Source: Ylistrum balloti (lineage: Eukaryota). From it: DNA of 64,000 bases. The DNA is taken from positions 62,001-126,000 of the forward strand of contig NW_026782655.1 of the NCBI RefSeq assembly GCF_031769215.1, in the 5' to 3' direction. Under the pieces are notes generated by a model. The model had not been told where the DNA came from, ran no database searches, and saw nothing but the letters and a program-made list of their open reading frames with translations. Positions 37,403-50,179 of this stretch are shown here, piece after piece; within the stretch, counting starts at the first letter, position 1; the number at the start of each line of letters is the position of its first letter. The translations under genes were made by a program, and so were the position numbers.

Positions 37403-39719
37403 AATCATGCAATCCGTTGGATATCCATATAAATCATATATTCTATTTTATATATAGATTATACAGCCAAAATGTAAATGGTAATGTCATTTTAATTTGG
37501 AATCTGCTTAAAAGAGACAATGATTTGTGAATAAATAATAACAATTTGTCTTATCAAATGTTACAAAAGGTGGAAGATATAACAACAAATCTCTGTATGG
37601 CTCTGCAAGATGAGTTACAAAAACACTTTCAGTGATCTTGTTTCTTCTCTTCCATATCAGCGTGGTTTATCTACATTTCTATAAATCTATAATTATTTTC
37701 AAATAAATACATTGACTAGTTTCATTGTTGGCACCATTTAAGTCTAAAATAATATTGCTTGTAGCACACACTAAGGTGTATAGTATGTCTTCGTTCAGCT
37801 CTGTTTAACTCATTTAATAGTTTGGTTTATACATCTAGGCTACAATCAATAGATATTATACACTTGTCAGTACACCCAAATATAAACAGACATACACAAC
37901 GTGCTATATCGACGTCAGAATTGTGACATTATTAAACTAAAAAAACATACACACAAAACAAAACAGATTACAAATTTCATGAGTGGACCTCTTCATTTGA
38001 TTTAATTTCCTTGACACGTCTATAATTTTGAAATTTTGCAGATAATCTATAAAGACATCACTAAATGATGATCATACCTTATTTGTTTCCCTGTACACTT
38101 GTTCTGATCTCCATGTGGTAGGGTTGCCACAATTTTTGAAATATCACAGAGAATTTATTTTCCACCATTTTTAACCACTTTTAACCGTTCTCGTTGCGAT
38201 CAACAACAAAATGAAGTTGACATTCGGTGTTATTCATTTCACGTGGTTTTCGTTTTGCTTAAAATATACACGATTTAATTGGCCAACTGGATAAATTCTC
38301 AAGATTTGCGAATTGTTTTATATTAAACGGTCTTTGATGAGTACGTTTTACTCGATAAATGATCCTTTACTTCGTTCCAATAGCATGTAGAACATGAATG
38401 TTCGTATAGAAAAATCCGTGTTTTTGGAAAGAAATGCTGAGCTGTCAAACTTGTCAAATCTGCCTGTAGCAAAGGACGGAACTGATGATATTATTTCAAT
38501 ATCTTTAGAAATATTTATGTAGGTATTCTTGTAAAAAATTAGATATATCACATTTTTGTAAAATATTCTTGTTCAGGCAATCGGCGGGAAATGGGAAACC
38601 GCTACAAAGTAGTTTCCTCTGGTATAGTAATACGACATCTAGTGCCACCCTATTTGCATCATCCGTATGTACCAATACTTATATTGGCTTGAACTTACCA
38701 CAAAGAAAAATAATTTCAACCTAATCCCCTAGTCAAATTAATAAATAAAATCAATTTCTATATTGAAAGTGTTGATGGTTTATTGTTGATCAAAATTGAA
38801 GTTGTTTAATACTTAACTTCGATAAGTCATTAATTACAACGAATATCATCGACCGATGTTATGGCCAAATGGATTGAATAACAGGCAAAGCCTATATCAA
38901 TTTTCTCCATGGATAGCTACTGGAGTAGAACAATACTAATTTATAGAACTAGTAGCTTAATTAAAACATTAGATGAAAATAAAAAAAAAACCCACCTTGT
39001 ACACAACACAATCAAGGGAGGTAATTCACAAATTACAACGTATTACAGATAAACACATACACTCATTCACACCCTTACGCACAGGCACATCTACATTATT
39101 AATAATGATAGTATTTATAATATAGTGTACGTATAATAGGAACAGTAAATGGTAATGGTAGACTGATCAACAAATTATTCTCCAAGTGCTCGTTTCACGT
39201 CAATTTGTTATGATTTTAAAAAGGGGGGTCTTTCTTTTGATATTAGCGCATACATACACATAATAAACAAATAATTAAATATTCAAGAAGACACAAACGT
39301 TGTTAATTCGTACAAAATAACAAAGTCAATGACTGTACACCACGGGAAAACAATATTACACGTGTATCTATGTTATATTCAAGATAAGGCAAGTACTTCA
39401 ATTCAGCTTTTATTATCGTCAAGTCTTCTGGCCCAACATTACAAATAAAGATTATATACACACAATGCAGATCGTATTGGGAAAGAGACACATCAAGTTG
39501 ATTGAACTACAACTAAATACTGCTGAGATTAATGAGAAAATCCGTTATAAAAGCTGACATAATTCACACGATGTGTAATTAATCACTTAATAAATCATGG
39601 TATTATTACATAGGATCATACGTATTCCGTAAATTACAAATTACAAAACAAAGGAAAATAAATAAAAGAAATTATACTCTATAGATAGTTAAACACATAT
39701 TTATGAACTGCTGTATCTT

Positions 39720-40160
39720 CCAGATTCTACAGCAAAACCACGTGCGGATAAATGTACTTTGGTAACCCATATTCTCCGCTGTTTTAATAAAGGTTTGGTT
39801 AAATGGCACTGCAGCGTCTTTTTATGCACTATGTGCCTATAGAGATCGCATTTGTTCGTGAAAAACGACGAATTGAACAACATTGACTTGAACGTTAGCT
39901 CTCGAAACGTTGCATGACTCCCTCACTCAAATATATCATAATTCCAGTTCAAATAGCTTTTGGTACAGAAGCATATCTCCATTTTTTCAAACTCGACTGC
40001 CTTCTGACTTCCCCACATTTCTCAGGCATAAAATATTTCAGAAGGATGTAACATCGTTTTTCATAATACTAGAGCGAAGAGCACAAGGTGCTTTTCTTCC
40101 TCGATCAACTATATAGTTCATCCAGCAACAGCTGAAGTTGTTTAATCGAAAAAGAATGCC
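39720..40160 (-). mobile_element. Possible highly decayed LINE reverse-transcriptase relic
   Basis: Broken frames give KQLQLLLDELYS and a KPLL..GE.WG-like segment resembling post-YADD LINE RT motifs. Weak. Confidence 0.3.
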
Positions 40161-40589
40161 TGGTGAAAACGTAAAACAACAATTATTTTACCTATCTATT
40201 CATGTCTGTGTCTTATTAACAGGCATATTCCATTAATGTGAATAAACATTTAAACTGTTCGACAGACTCTGTAGTCATTCAACTGATTCACGTTGCTGCA
40301 CATTCGATCCATCATTCTTCAAAGCATTAGCTTGAAATCCAAATGAAAAAAACAAAATACAGGTCATTGTTTCTCGATCCTCAAGTAAAATACACACTGC
40401 AACATTTACATGGTTATTCTGCCTGCAGATAAGGCGTTCACTAACTTAATCCTTTTTTACAAAAATTATTACATTTTTTAAATACTATTACAAAAAGATT
40501 TCGGCTTATTTGATGAGGAAGGAAACCTCACCTATACATTATGTTATCTTTCCGAAGAGAAAATACTAACCAATCAAATTAACCGATCA

Positions 40590-41650
40590 TTGCCAATAAA
40601 TGATAAGAGTACGAAAGTCTCCAGTTTACACTGGGTTCCGAACGTCACAAGAATCCATATACGTAAACAACATTTCATTGCTGGCTCGTTTATGTGTTCC
40701 AACAAGCCTGTGTCCAAACTTTCTTCCACTACTATTTCTAGTACTATAAAATCCGAATGGCAGTCCTGTTGTGATACTGTCTATTAAAAAAGTGGAATGA
40801 ATGGTACGTGGATTTTAAAGAGCTCCTAAAGCTGTTGACTAATCTTCAACACACCATTCTAAAAAACATATATTTTATAAGAACATTTGATTTTTCTACT
40901 CTTTGCACCTCTGTGCTCCATTCTTAACTGAAAGAACGGCTTCGTTCTGTTCATATGGAAGCTTTCCTCACCATGAATAGTGCACGGTGGTACACATTTG
41001 TGGTTTAGAAATATGTTGAAGCGTAATTAGTGAAAACTACATCCAAATCTAGAAAGAAATATATATTGGGACAAAATCAGAAAATGATCGAGTTTCTGGT
41101 TGACAACATCTTCGCAGAGTTTGGTGGTATGATCTTCTAACAGACTGTTGGCATACCTATGGGAACTACATGGAACTGTGCCTTTCTGTTGACTGTTTTG
41201 CCTTGGTTTTCATATGAGGCTGAATGCATCTGAGAGCATATCAAAACAGGTAACAAAGACATTGCACAAAACCCTTTCAATTTATCTTCAGGTATATTAA
41301 TGACGTCTTTGAATTTATTGATTTATGGACCACTTCCGTCGTATATACCCACCAGAATTTGATATAAACGACACGATAGACTCTTCTTTCAGCTGTAGGA
41401 CAAGCATGATGGTCATTTTGCCTATGGTGAATTTTACATTTCTTGATAGCAACAATCCTGCATCTCTAACCTACGGGATTTACATGTCGTAGTTGATTTC
41501 TATTTAGGGGTCCGTTCCTAATATCACGATTTTCGTGCAAGATGTCGTCAACTGTCGTGAAGATTCATAAGCGGGTATACTAGAGATGCAGTTTGGTGAA
41601 ACGTAATAGAAGTTTTACGGTCTTTATAGTGATCTCATTGAGAAATATTC
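40590..41650 (+). mobile_element. Decayed Penelope-like retroelement reverse transcriptase
   Basis: Frameshifted remnants SLHWVP, FIAGS, KPVSKL, RTFDFSTL, EFLVDNIFAEFGG, QTVGIPMGT, RYINDV (YIDD-like), YGIYMS in the expected order. Confidence 0.78.
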
Positions 41651-41719
41651 TATGTTTTTATGCGATATGAAACTTAACATGTATGAGTCTTATTCTTATT
41701 TGAGAACGTGACATTAATT

Positions 41720-41815
41720 TCTTGGATTTGACCAAGTACTCCGGTTTTCTACAACAGTAAGACTCCTCGCGCTCTTCCTGCCAGCGATAGTGATTAACAT
41801 ATGTTCATAAAAAAA
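41720..41815 (+). mobile_element. SINE fragment (related copy at ~42930-43010)
   Basis: TACTCCGGTTTTCTACAACAGTAAGACTCCTCGC and TGGTTTCCTTCCACAGTGAAGACTCCTCGC resemble each other and a common metazoan SINE central motif. Confidence 0.4.
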
Positions 41816-44364
41816 CTAAAAACCTTGTTTCGCAGGTTTTGATATTTTTGTAGCAAGGTGTCGTTAATGGAGACTAAGTACAAACTCTCTTCGGAATCTG
41901 AGGTTGTACAAAAGACACACCAATGAATAGTAACAATAAATGCAAATGCAGACAAGATACAACAAATCCGAACAATAGTTAAACTTTATTATACCGCTGT
42001 TTGTCCTTCTAGGACTCGTCAATGATGCTATTGTTAAACCTATGAAGTGACGGAGGAATAAAATGTGATCGAAAGAAATGTGAAAAACCTAAACCGAGAA
42101 GTTCACTGGTAATTTTTTCATCTTTCCATAAGTCTAATGTTTATAGAATAGTGTATATTCTGAACCATAGCATTATTGGAATGAATTGAAATGACCATTT
42201 CGACCGCCGAAATTCATGTCAAGGTCACATGTGTTAATTATACAGTCGAAATAACCAGCAACTATAGATAAATATTGGGCTCTGACTTGATGAACATCCA
42301 GGTCTTAGATATGCTGTACAGGAACTAGCTTAATCAGCGGGTAGAGCAAACGCTTCTTCGACAACCAAGTTCATTCCGGCGTATGGTAAGTCTTAGTCTG
42401 TTTATTATCATTTGGGGGCAAATCGAACACCGAATTATAGATATTTCTAGGTGTAGGAAGAAACTCTTCCGTTGTAGGTTACAAAAGACATTATTGGCAC
42501 GGAGTTTTGTGTTTCCTAACAACATAAGTGGTTCTCAGCATCTGTTGTAATCTGAAAGATGTAGATAATGATCGTATGCTGTACGAAAAGAACATTGTAG
42601 GACGCAAAAGCTAAAGAATAAGTAAATAAGGTAACGTCAATATCATAACTGATGCTCATAATTCAACTAATTTCGTTATGTCAAAAAAATCAAGCAAAAC
42701 GTGTTCAATAACGATGAATGGATATACATGCACGTGGTTCTCCAGTCTATAGTGTGATACCGGGTCTTTTTACGACATTGCATTAAGAACATATCGTTTA
42801 TTCAAAAATGATTTACAGGATAAACTTTAAAGTCGAAATCACACCGCAGTGATCTGCACTCGCACGATTCCCGGACCGGAACAGATGTGAAAAGGTGTGA
42901 GACCACCTGCACGGCATGTCCAATTTTTTTTGGTAATCTGGTTTCCTTCCACAGTGAAGACTCCTCGCATACTTCCATCGGGGCTAGAAAAGGGAGTAAT
43001 AACTTGGAATTTCTTGTATTGTTTAATGAAATAACTGAACTTTAACTTGGTTTATTTATGAACAGAGATCGCCAGATGTCCATATTTTGTAAATACCACC
43101 TATATTGGGATCTCAATGTTGCAAGAGCAAATATACTAGATGTATCTCTATTACTCCTAAAAATCATTTGTAAGGAATTACAACCTCTATTAACCAAGTC
43201 AGTTCTTTTTTTTTATGAAAAGAAGACATGGCAGTATTTAAAACTTGTGTAATTTTGTATGATTTTATCCATGTTATCGCTTATTGGTGGATACAATTAT
43301 GATTGTTTTCGAATTCACAATCAGTTAATGTTTATGATTTTAGTAAATCTAGAATGTTTTTACATGACATATAATAACCAGATTATCAAGATTCTGATGA
43401 AAGAAGGAGGAGTGAATTGTCGGTAGGAGCTGGCCTAATCACTCTTCCACTTTTCCCCTCATTGGAGCAGAGCTTATATTCACAATATGATAAACAAACT
43501 TTTCTTTGTTTGATATTTTCATTTGAATAATTTTAGTATCTCGTAAGTAAAACGTATTTGCATATTTTTTCAAAATATGTAAGATTGGTCTGACACTCAA
43601 TTTAAATACCTTATCATTCTTGTTCATGTTCATATTATGTAGTACAAGAATGGGCCAGAATTCAGGTAATTATATCTGCCTTTTTTCACATTTGAAATCA
43701 ATCATATCTTTTCTACACAATTTAGATGAATTATGACAAAGGAAACCTATAATTAAAATAAAAGTTTTCATACAGAAACATTCATGAAGGAAGTATTCAA
43801 CTCAATCATAATAATTTTTGTTCAGTGAAAAAGGAGCTAATTATAGTCTTTCTAATAGAATGTACCTTTTATGAATTTCTCAAATCAACTTACATATTAG
43901 TTTTATGATAATTATTTTAGAAAGGTATATTTATGTGGTTAACATTTTCTCTTTCTTAATTCCAACACCACACCGTTGTTCTGATTGTTGTTACAGATAT
44001 ATTCTCTTGAATACTTTACTTAAGTTTCTACCCTCTTTGTCCTCTAACCACTTAATTAGTATACATAATATACATGTATCTTGAAAGTCTTTTCATGTTA
44101 TTATGTTTCCACTTAATAGGAGTCTTTTTATATCGACAACATATTTCAGTGTCAACGTAAGCAATCCGGCCCTAGATAAATTTTGGAAGGACGTCAAGTC
44201 CATTTGTGTAGAAATAAGAAGTTCTAGATGATATGAACATACATAGAGAGAGGTCATCTAGTTGTATTCTAAATAAAACCACTGCTGTGCTTTCAACACA
44301 AATTTAGTATCAGAACTCAACGATACAAATTCATTCTCTTTTTGGGATTCGTCAATGTTGCAAG

Positions 44365-44655
44365 AGATTTTTTTTATTTAGATTGTTGGGTGTATCGCCC
44401 AGTTAACAATCACTGTTCTATTGAGTCAGGGTCTACTTGTAGAAGCTGGTGACTACCTCGTTGAGAACATACGAGAGATCTGGTGCATGTCATCTAGAAC
44501 AATTAGGGTAAAATGTCTTGCCCCAAGGACACAACCGCGTCAGGACAGACCAGCCAGCTTCTCAAATTAAAAAGAATGGGTAATCAAACAACGCACTTCG
44601 AATCGTCATCTCAGATTGTTTCAGCAAACGCTGTAACCAACAGAACTATTGCGTT
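44365..44655 (-). mobile_element. tRNA-derived SINE
   Basis: Minus strand: A-box-like TAGTTCTGTTGGTTACAGCG, B-box-like GATTCGAAGT, conserved GTGTCCTTGGGGCAAGACATTTTACCCTAATTG, A-rich tail. Confidence 0.6.
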
Positions 44656-45484
44656 CACCTTTAAAGCAAAAAGGTGACATCTCATTAGGATCTTTAAAAA
44701 GGAGTTTGTCCGTCATCGTTGTCAAAAATAAAAATCATGAATCAATCTGTCCACTGTAAATGAGAACATTTGCACCTTAGTTTGCTATGTTCAGTAAATC
44801 CATAACTGATTACCAGGAATAAAAGTGATTAATCAGATCATGTAATCGTCCAAAACATTAATTGTTAATTTGAAAAAAAAACCCGGTATTTTAGCTATAA
44901 GTAAAGGTAGAATAAGTACAAGCTGACCAGCGTTTGCTTGCAGTTGAAAGGCATGGATGCAATGAGCGTAATATAAAAGAAATAACATGGATATTCCGCT
45001 TTAAAAATATTGTAGGGTATTAGCTGGTAAAACACATTTGTTTGAAAGATTGATTAGAGCAGAAATAATAAAAGTCTTAGAACACTAAGATATTGTATTC
45101 ATAATTCATGAATGCGTTTCATAGCAGGGGATAGAAGGAAATGTAGAGGCTGTAATTTTGAAATCTAAGATTGTACAAAAGACACACAAATGTATAGTAC
45201 ATTTAATACAATTTAAGAATTGGATACAATAGAACCACACAATGAATTGGACTGCATCATACAGCTGTGATGCTATGGTTCTAAAATTTTGAAGTCTACG
45301 AGGCGACTAAGAAAATATAAAGTGATCTAAACAAAAGTCTAAACCAGGATGGGGAGATGCACAGCCCGATAATTTAATAAATTTCGTTGTTTTCATCTAT
45401 CAGATCAGAATAACGTCAACTACATGAATATATCATGAATCGTGCCACCATTCGAATGATTCAAAACGTGGCATGCAGTTTACG

Positions 45485-45903
45485 TGTGATGTCGAGTGAG
45501 TCCAAAGAAATACAAACTAAACGCCTTCAATGAGTTCCTTTATTACATATACAAAGTTCCTAGTTCCTATAGCCATAGTTCACAATCATCACAAACACAG
45601 TGTAGGGGTTCTTGGTTGCACCTAGCTTGCGCCCCAACCTGCGGTAAAAAACTGAAAAATACAGAAATTAATCTGGCCTTAGTACATATTTCAACAAAAT
45701 TAATCAAACTTCAAACGTTTAAACCGTATTAAAGTTGCCTCATGGGTCACCTAAGCCTTGCTAAATCCGCAAGTCTGTTTCCTTTGGACTTTCACGTAAA
45801 CATATCCCATGATGCATTTTTCCACGATGTACAAAGAATGAACTCTGAACCCTGACCTGACTACCAGAGCAGACGGACAATATAAAACTAGCGTTTCACT
45901 ACA
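45485..45903 (-). repeat. 3' LTR of BEL/Pao element
   Basis: Direct repeat of 54014-54432; 4 mismatches counted in 419 bp. Confidence 0.97.
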
Positions 45904-46069
45904 TTCCTCGCCTGATTGCTGAATCACTACTACATTTAAACCCTGTAAACATTCATATTATTTATAACCCGATGAAAATATATAATATCAAAACTTATCT
46001 GAATAACAATAAACTAAAGTTTCTAAGCAATAAAATTCACTCGTCGCTGTCAATGTTCAACACAATAAT

Positions 46070-48053
46070 TCACTCTGCCATCAATAGTACTAACTGAGTA
46101 ATAGGACGGATATACGAAACCGATCGTCCATTACGAATTGTCTTAACTCTGACTTTACGAACAAGACCATCGTGACTAGGGAAAACGCATTCAACAATTC
46201 CCATTGGCCAGTCATTACGATGAGAGTCATGATCCTTCAGCAAAACAATGTCACCTTGTTTCAAGTTTGAACGTTCGTGATTCCACTTTTGTCGCGTTCG
46301 TAGCGATTGTAGATAGTCTCTTCTCCACGCGTTCCAAAATTTCTGGGCCAATACCTGAACACATCGCCATTGGGATCGAAACATGTCTTTCACTGAGAAG
46401 TCTACCAAGGTTAGATCTACATTTGGAACGTCAGTCTTTTGCGTAATGAGAGTACTTGGCCACAATACCACTGGGTTTTCAGGGTCGTCAGATACGGGTA
46501 CCAGTGGTCGCTGGTTCAGTATAGCACACGCTTCGGCTAGAAAAGTCGTAAGCACTTCATGCGTGAGGTGTTTAGTGTCAGTATTACGCAACATGTTGTC
46601 CAGAATCCTTCTAACGGTACCAATAAGCCGTTCCCAAGATCCGCCCATGTGGGAGGCATATGGAGGATTAAAAGTCCATGTGATGCTTTCCTCTGAAAGA
46701 AAGTCTTTCACGGATTTGTCCTCGACGTCAATAACATTCAAGTTAAGTTCCTTAACGGCTCCTACGAAGTTAGATCCTTTGTCCGACCTAATGTGCTTTA
46801 CCGGTCCTCTGATCGCGATGAATCTCCGCAGTGCGTTAATGAAGAAAGATGTGCTCATCTCCTCTACGACCTCAATATGTATCCCTCTCGATACCATGCA
46901 ACAGAATATTATAGCCCAACGTTTTGCGTTAGCTTGTCCTCCCCTAGTTTTTCTCGCGCGCACATTCCATGGTCCAAACGCATCCAATCCAATGTAAGTG
47001 AAAGGCGGACATGGTGTCAAACGATCCTGCGGTAAAGTACACATTTTTTGTTCCACAATCTTTCCTCGGAGTTTCCTGCACACGACACAGTGATGTAAAA
47101 TAGAGGAAATTAATCGCTTTCCTCCCACTAGCCAATAACCAGAAGAACGTATTTTACCCTCCGTAATATGTCGGCCTTGGTGTTCCGATTTCTCGTGATA
47201 ATGTCTCACGATTAGAGTAGCCACATGATGTTTTGCTGGGACAATGATCGGATCCTTTCCAGGTAAGTCAATGTCACTATTCTGAATCCGACCACCAATC
47301 CTCAGGAGCCCCTCGTCGTCTAGAAACGGCGACAATTTCAACAAAGAATTGTTCCTGTTTAACGGCAGTCCTTTCTGCAAACAGTCGATTTCCATCGAAT
47401 AAAACTCTTGTTGAACAACCTTCAGTATGAGGTTCTTTGAATCGTTAGCAAAACGCAACACGTCTGGATTGTCTGTTCCGTTGTGATGACGATGCGCGAC
47501 TTGTTTCAGTAAGGTTATTGCACTAACCAACCTAGTCCATGACGAAAATCTCGCGAAACGGTCAGAATCGAGAGCGAAGTCCTTCCGAACGTGAGTTTTC
47601 ATGACATTTGTTTCGTTGACGAACGTTATTTCACCGTCGTCGTTACCGATCAACGGAAATACTTGGTCTCTATACGAACTTTGCAAATCACTCATGACGT
47701 CAACGGGTCCATTCAACCACACTGACTTTCCAACGTCTTTCGCACGCATTGGCCTAGTCGCACTATCGGTAGGGTTACATTCACTAGAAACGAAACTCCA
47801 CTGCTGTTTGGAAGATAACTTCAGAATCTTGTCAATCCGATTAGCAACATAAACGAAGAAACGGCGCGTGTCGTTAAATATATACCCTAGTACTACCTGA
47901 CTGTCGGTATAGTAGTAGGTGGCGTCAAACACAACATCGACGTGTTCGGATATAAATAAACCGAGTTCAGTAGCCAGAACAGCCGCGCATAGTTCTAGTC
48001 TTGGAATGGTATGTCCGTGGGAAGGCGCTACTTTCGATTTGCCAAGAACGTAT
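46070..48053 (-). pseudogene. BEL/Pao pol: RNase H (C-terminal part), HHCC zinc finger, DDE integrase
   Basis: YVLGKSKVAP..TIPRLELCAA, HEKSEH..CVVC, GLDAFGP, SDKGSNF, WERLIG and Pao-type C-terminal WPMG. Confidence 0.93.
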
Positions 48054-50179
48054 TGTGACACTATCAAGTAGATCACTCTGTTGTTAAACCGGAAATGGTT
48101 ATATGAACAGGAAGCAGTATTTTATTGTATATAATGTTGGTTGGAAATTTAAAATATGAAAATAATAATTTTCATGAATTTATTGTTGTTTAATTTAGCT
48201 TATAACAGGAATTGAGTGTTAAATCATCATTCTTTATTCCTCAAAGCTGAGAGTACAGAAAAAGAAATGGATAAATTTACATGAAGAAGATGAGTGCTAA
48301 AAGCACATTGCAATCAAGGATCACTTTTGACCAATTTTCTGAGCTCAAAATACATTTATATTTCACAGTTCACCAGCATGGAAATACATTTCCGCTGTTT
48401 TATGCAGTAGATAGGCACAGTCCTTTGTAAATTCCTCTGTTATAGAATTACTTTCAAATTCAAATCCCGAAATGTTCCCTCTAAATATTGTCTGGAGCAG
48501 GAGTTCTTCTGCAAGGCTGGACATGATCAAATATGGTTGTACACCGTAATAATCCACGACTTTTATCATGAATGTGTCTCTCAAAATAAATGTACTTGTA
48601 CATTCTGTGACAAAATGTCTTATTGTGTCGTAAAACGGATTGTTACACAACGTACATGTATTGTACTGTTCTACAGGAACACACGTTAGCATTTTACAAA
48701 TATAAAGGACTGTCCTTTTGTCGATGTCCGGTGTTTTGAGCATGACATACGGCTTATTATAGGTAGAGTGGACAGATCGAAATCGAACGAATTCGTCATC
48801 ACTGTTCATTCTCTCGATCAATAAGCGATCTTCGCGTATTTGAATAGCTCCTTTAACTAAAAGTTTCCATTGAGCCTTGGACGGGAATTCAGCGCATAGG
48901 ATATAATACTGTATCCATTCTAATAATTCATATTTGGTTAAGATTGCTAGGATATCAGGGATAAACCCCATTTGCTTTGATTTCGGTCCATCTATATATT
49001 TAAGAACTCTACGAATAAAAATACTTTTTGGAATGCTGTTTGGTGAACAATCAACAATACAACGTAAGAAGTACATTTTTCTTTTCTCAATTTCACACTG
49101 AATCCTGTGTAGTCCGACTATACTTTCGCACATATCCGATCGAGTGGATGTCCGTAGATTGAGTTAGATTATTCCATAATTCGCATCCATATAACATCGA
49201 CGAAAGTATAACTTTCCTGTAGATGCTAATAAGAGTAAGCGGTTTCGTATAAGTACAGTCAGTTCCCATGCGCGTGATTGAATGTAACATGTTAATAATT
49301 TTCATGAATTTATTGTTGTTTAATTTAGCTTATAACAGGAATTGAGTGTTAAATATGTACATAGTATATTGCACCAAATATGATCTTTACCTGTCCAGCA
49401 CTGCATAGCCAAGTAGGGACTTATGTAAACAATGGTAGCCAGAATTCATATAAACAAATGTGATGTGTATATATAAGCAGTGCAGTACAGTTAGAGTAAC
49501 GATGATTGTATAATTATAACGTAAAATATTTCAAGGTCATGAGAAAATAATAGTTTAGATAGTGAACTGTATATAGTTGCTTGGTACAGCATTATGAGTA
49601 TGTAAGGTAAACATGACCGATTTAGCAGATGTTAGGTTCTGCGTAATTGTTAAGTATTTGATTATTATATATGTAAATAGTGACCAATATGCTGTGGGTC
49701 TGAAGACTGGTAGTACCAATTGTCATTCCAGACAATAGCTTCCTGGGATTGGGGAATGGACCAATCAACGGTCGTTGCACTAAATGTGCATCCCCAATCC
49801 ATCAGCACTTATCCCATACACAATAACAAATGGCGCCAAGATTCTGCATTTTGTGTCCAAATCGGTATCATTTTGACAGAATCTTGATATGGTTGGGTCG
49901 CCAGGATCAACCATTGTTCTTGAGGAATTTCCACCTGCGGAGTTGTCCGACTTTTGGCTTCCCCTATAAATACTGGGCAGTTTTCGCTGCTCATTGCACT
50001 TGGATCTAGGGATGCCAAAGGGACAACTTCCGGTTGTGGGACTGACTCTACGGAAGCGTGATAGGGAGCGAGCCTTCTTGTGGACTTCACTGTGCTGTAT
50101 AAACAACAAGTAGAAAGGAATTTGGACTTGGCTTTTTCTTCGGGAAACACAACGCGAGCGGGGGCACAGTGGGGTTACA
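48054..50179 (-). mobile_element. Solo-LTR-like insertion (~1 kb net, Gypsy-like) splitting the BEL RNase H
   Basis: Ends TGTGAC...GTTACA, 4-bp TSD GTAT (48050-48053, 50180-50183). Removing it rejoins ENASVGY to YVLGKSK. AATAAA about 65 nt from the minus-strand 3' end. Confidence 0.8.
48225..49292 (-). mobile_element. 5'-truncated non-LTR (LINE) fragment nested in the solo LTR
   Basis: ORF2 C-terminal remnants SSMLYGCELW and CTLC..DTIRHFVTEC (CCHC), 3' end AATAAAGAATGATG, flanked by a 62-bp direct repeat. Confidence 0.82.

Noticed and set aside
38575-38665. Cluster of E2F-like GGCGGGAAA, octamer ATTTGCAT and CTCF-like motifs (possible snRNA-type promoter)
   Set aside because: No recognisable RNA gene or exon nearby; short motifs are expected by chance.
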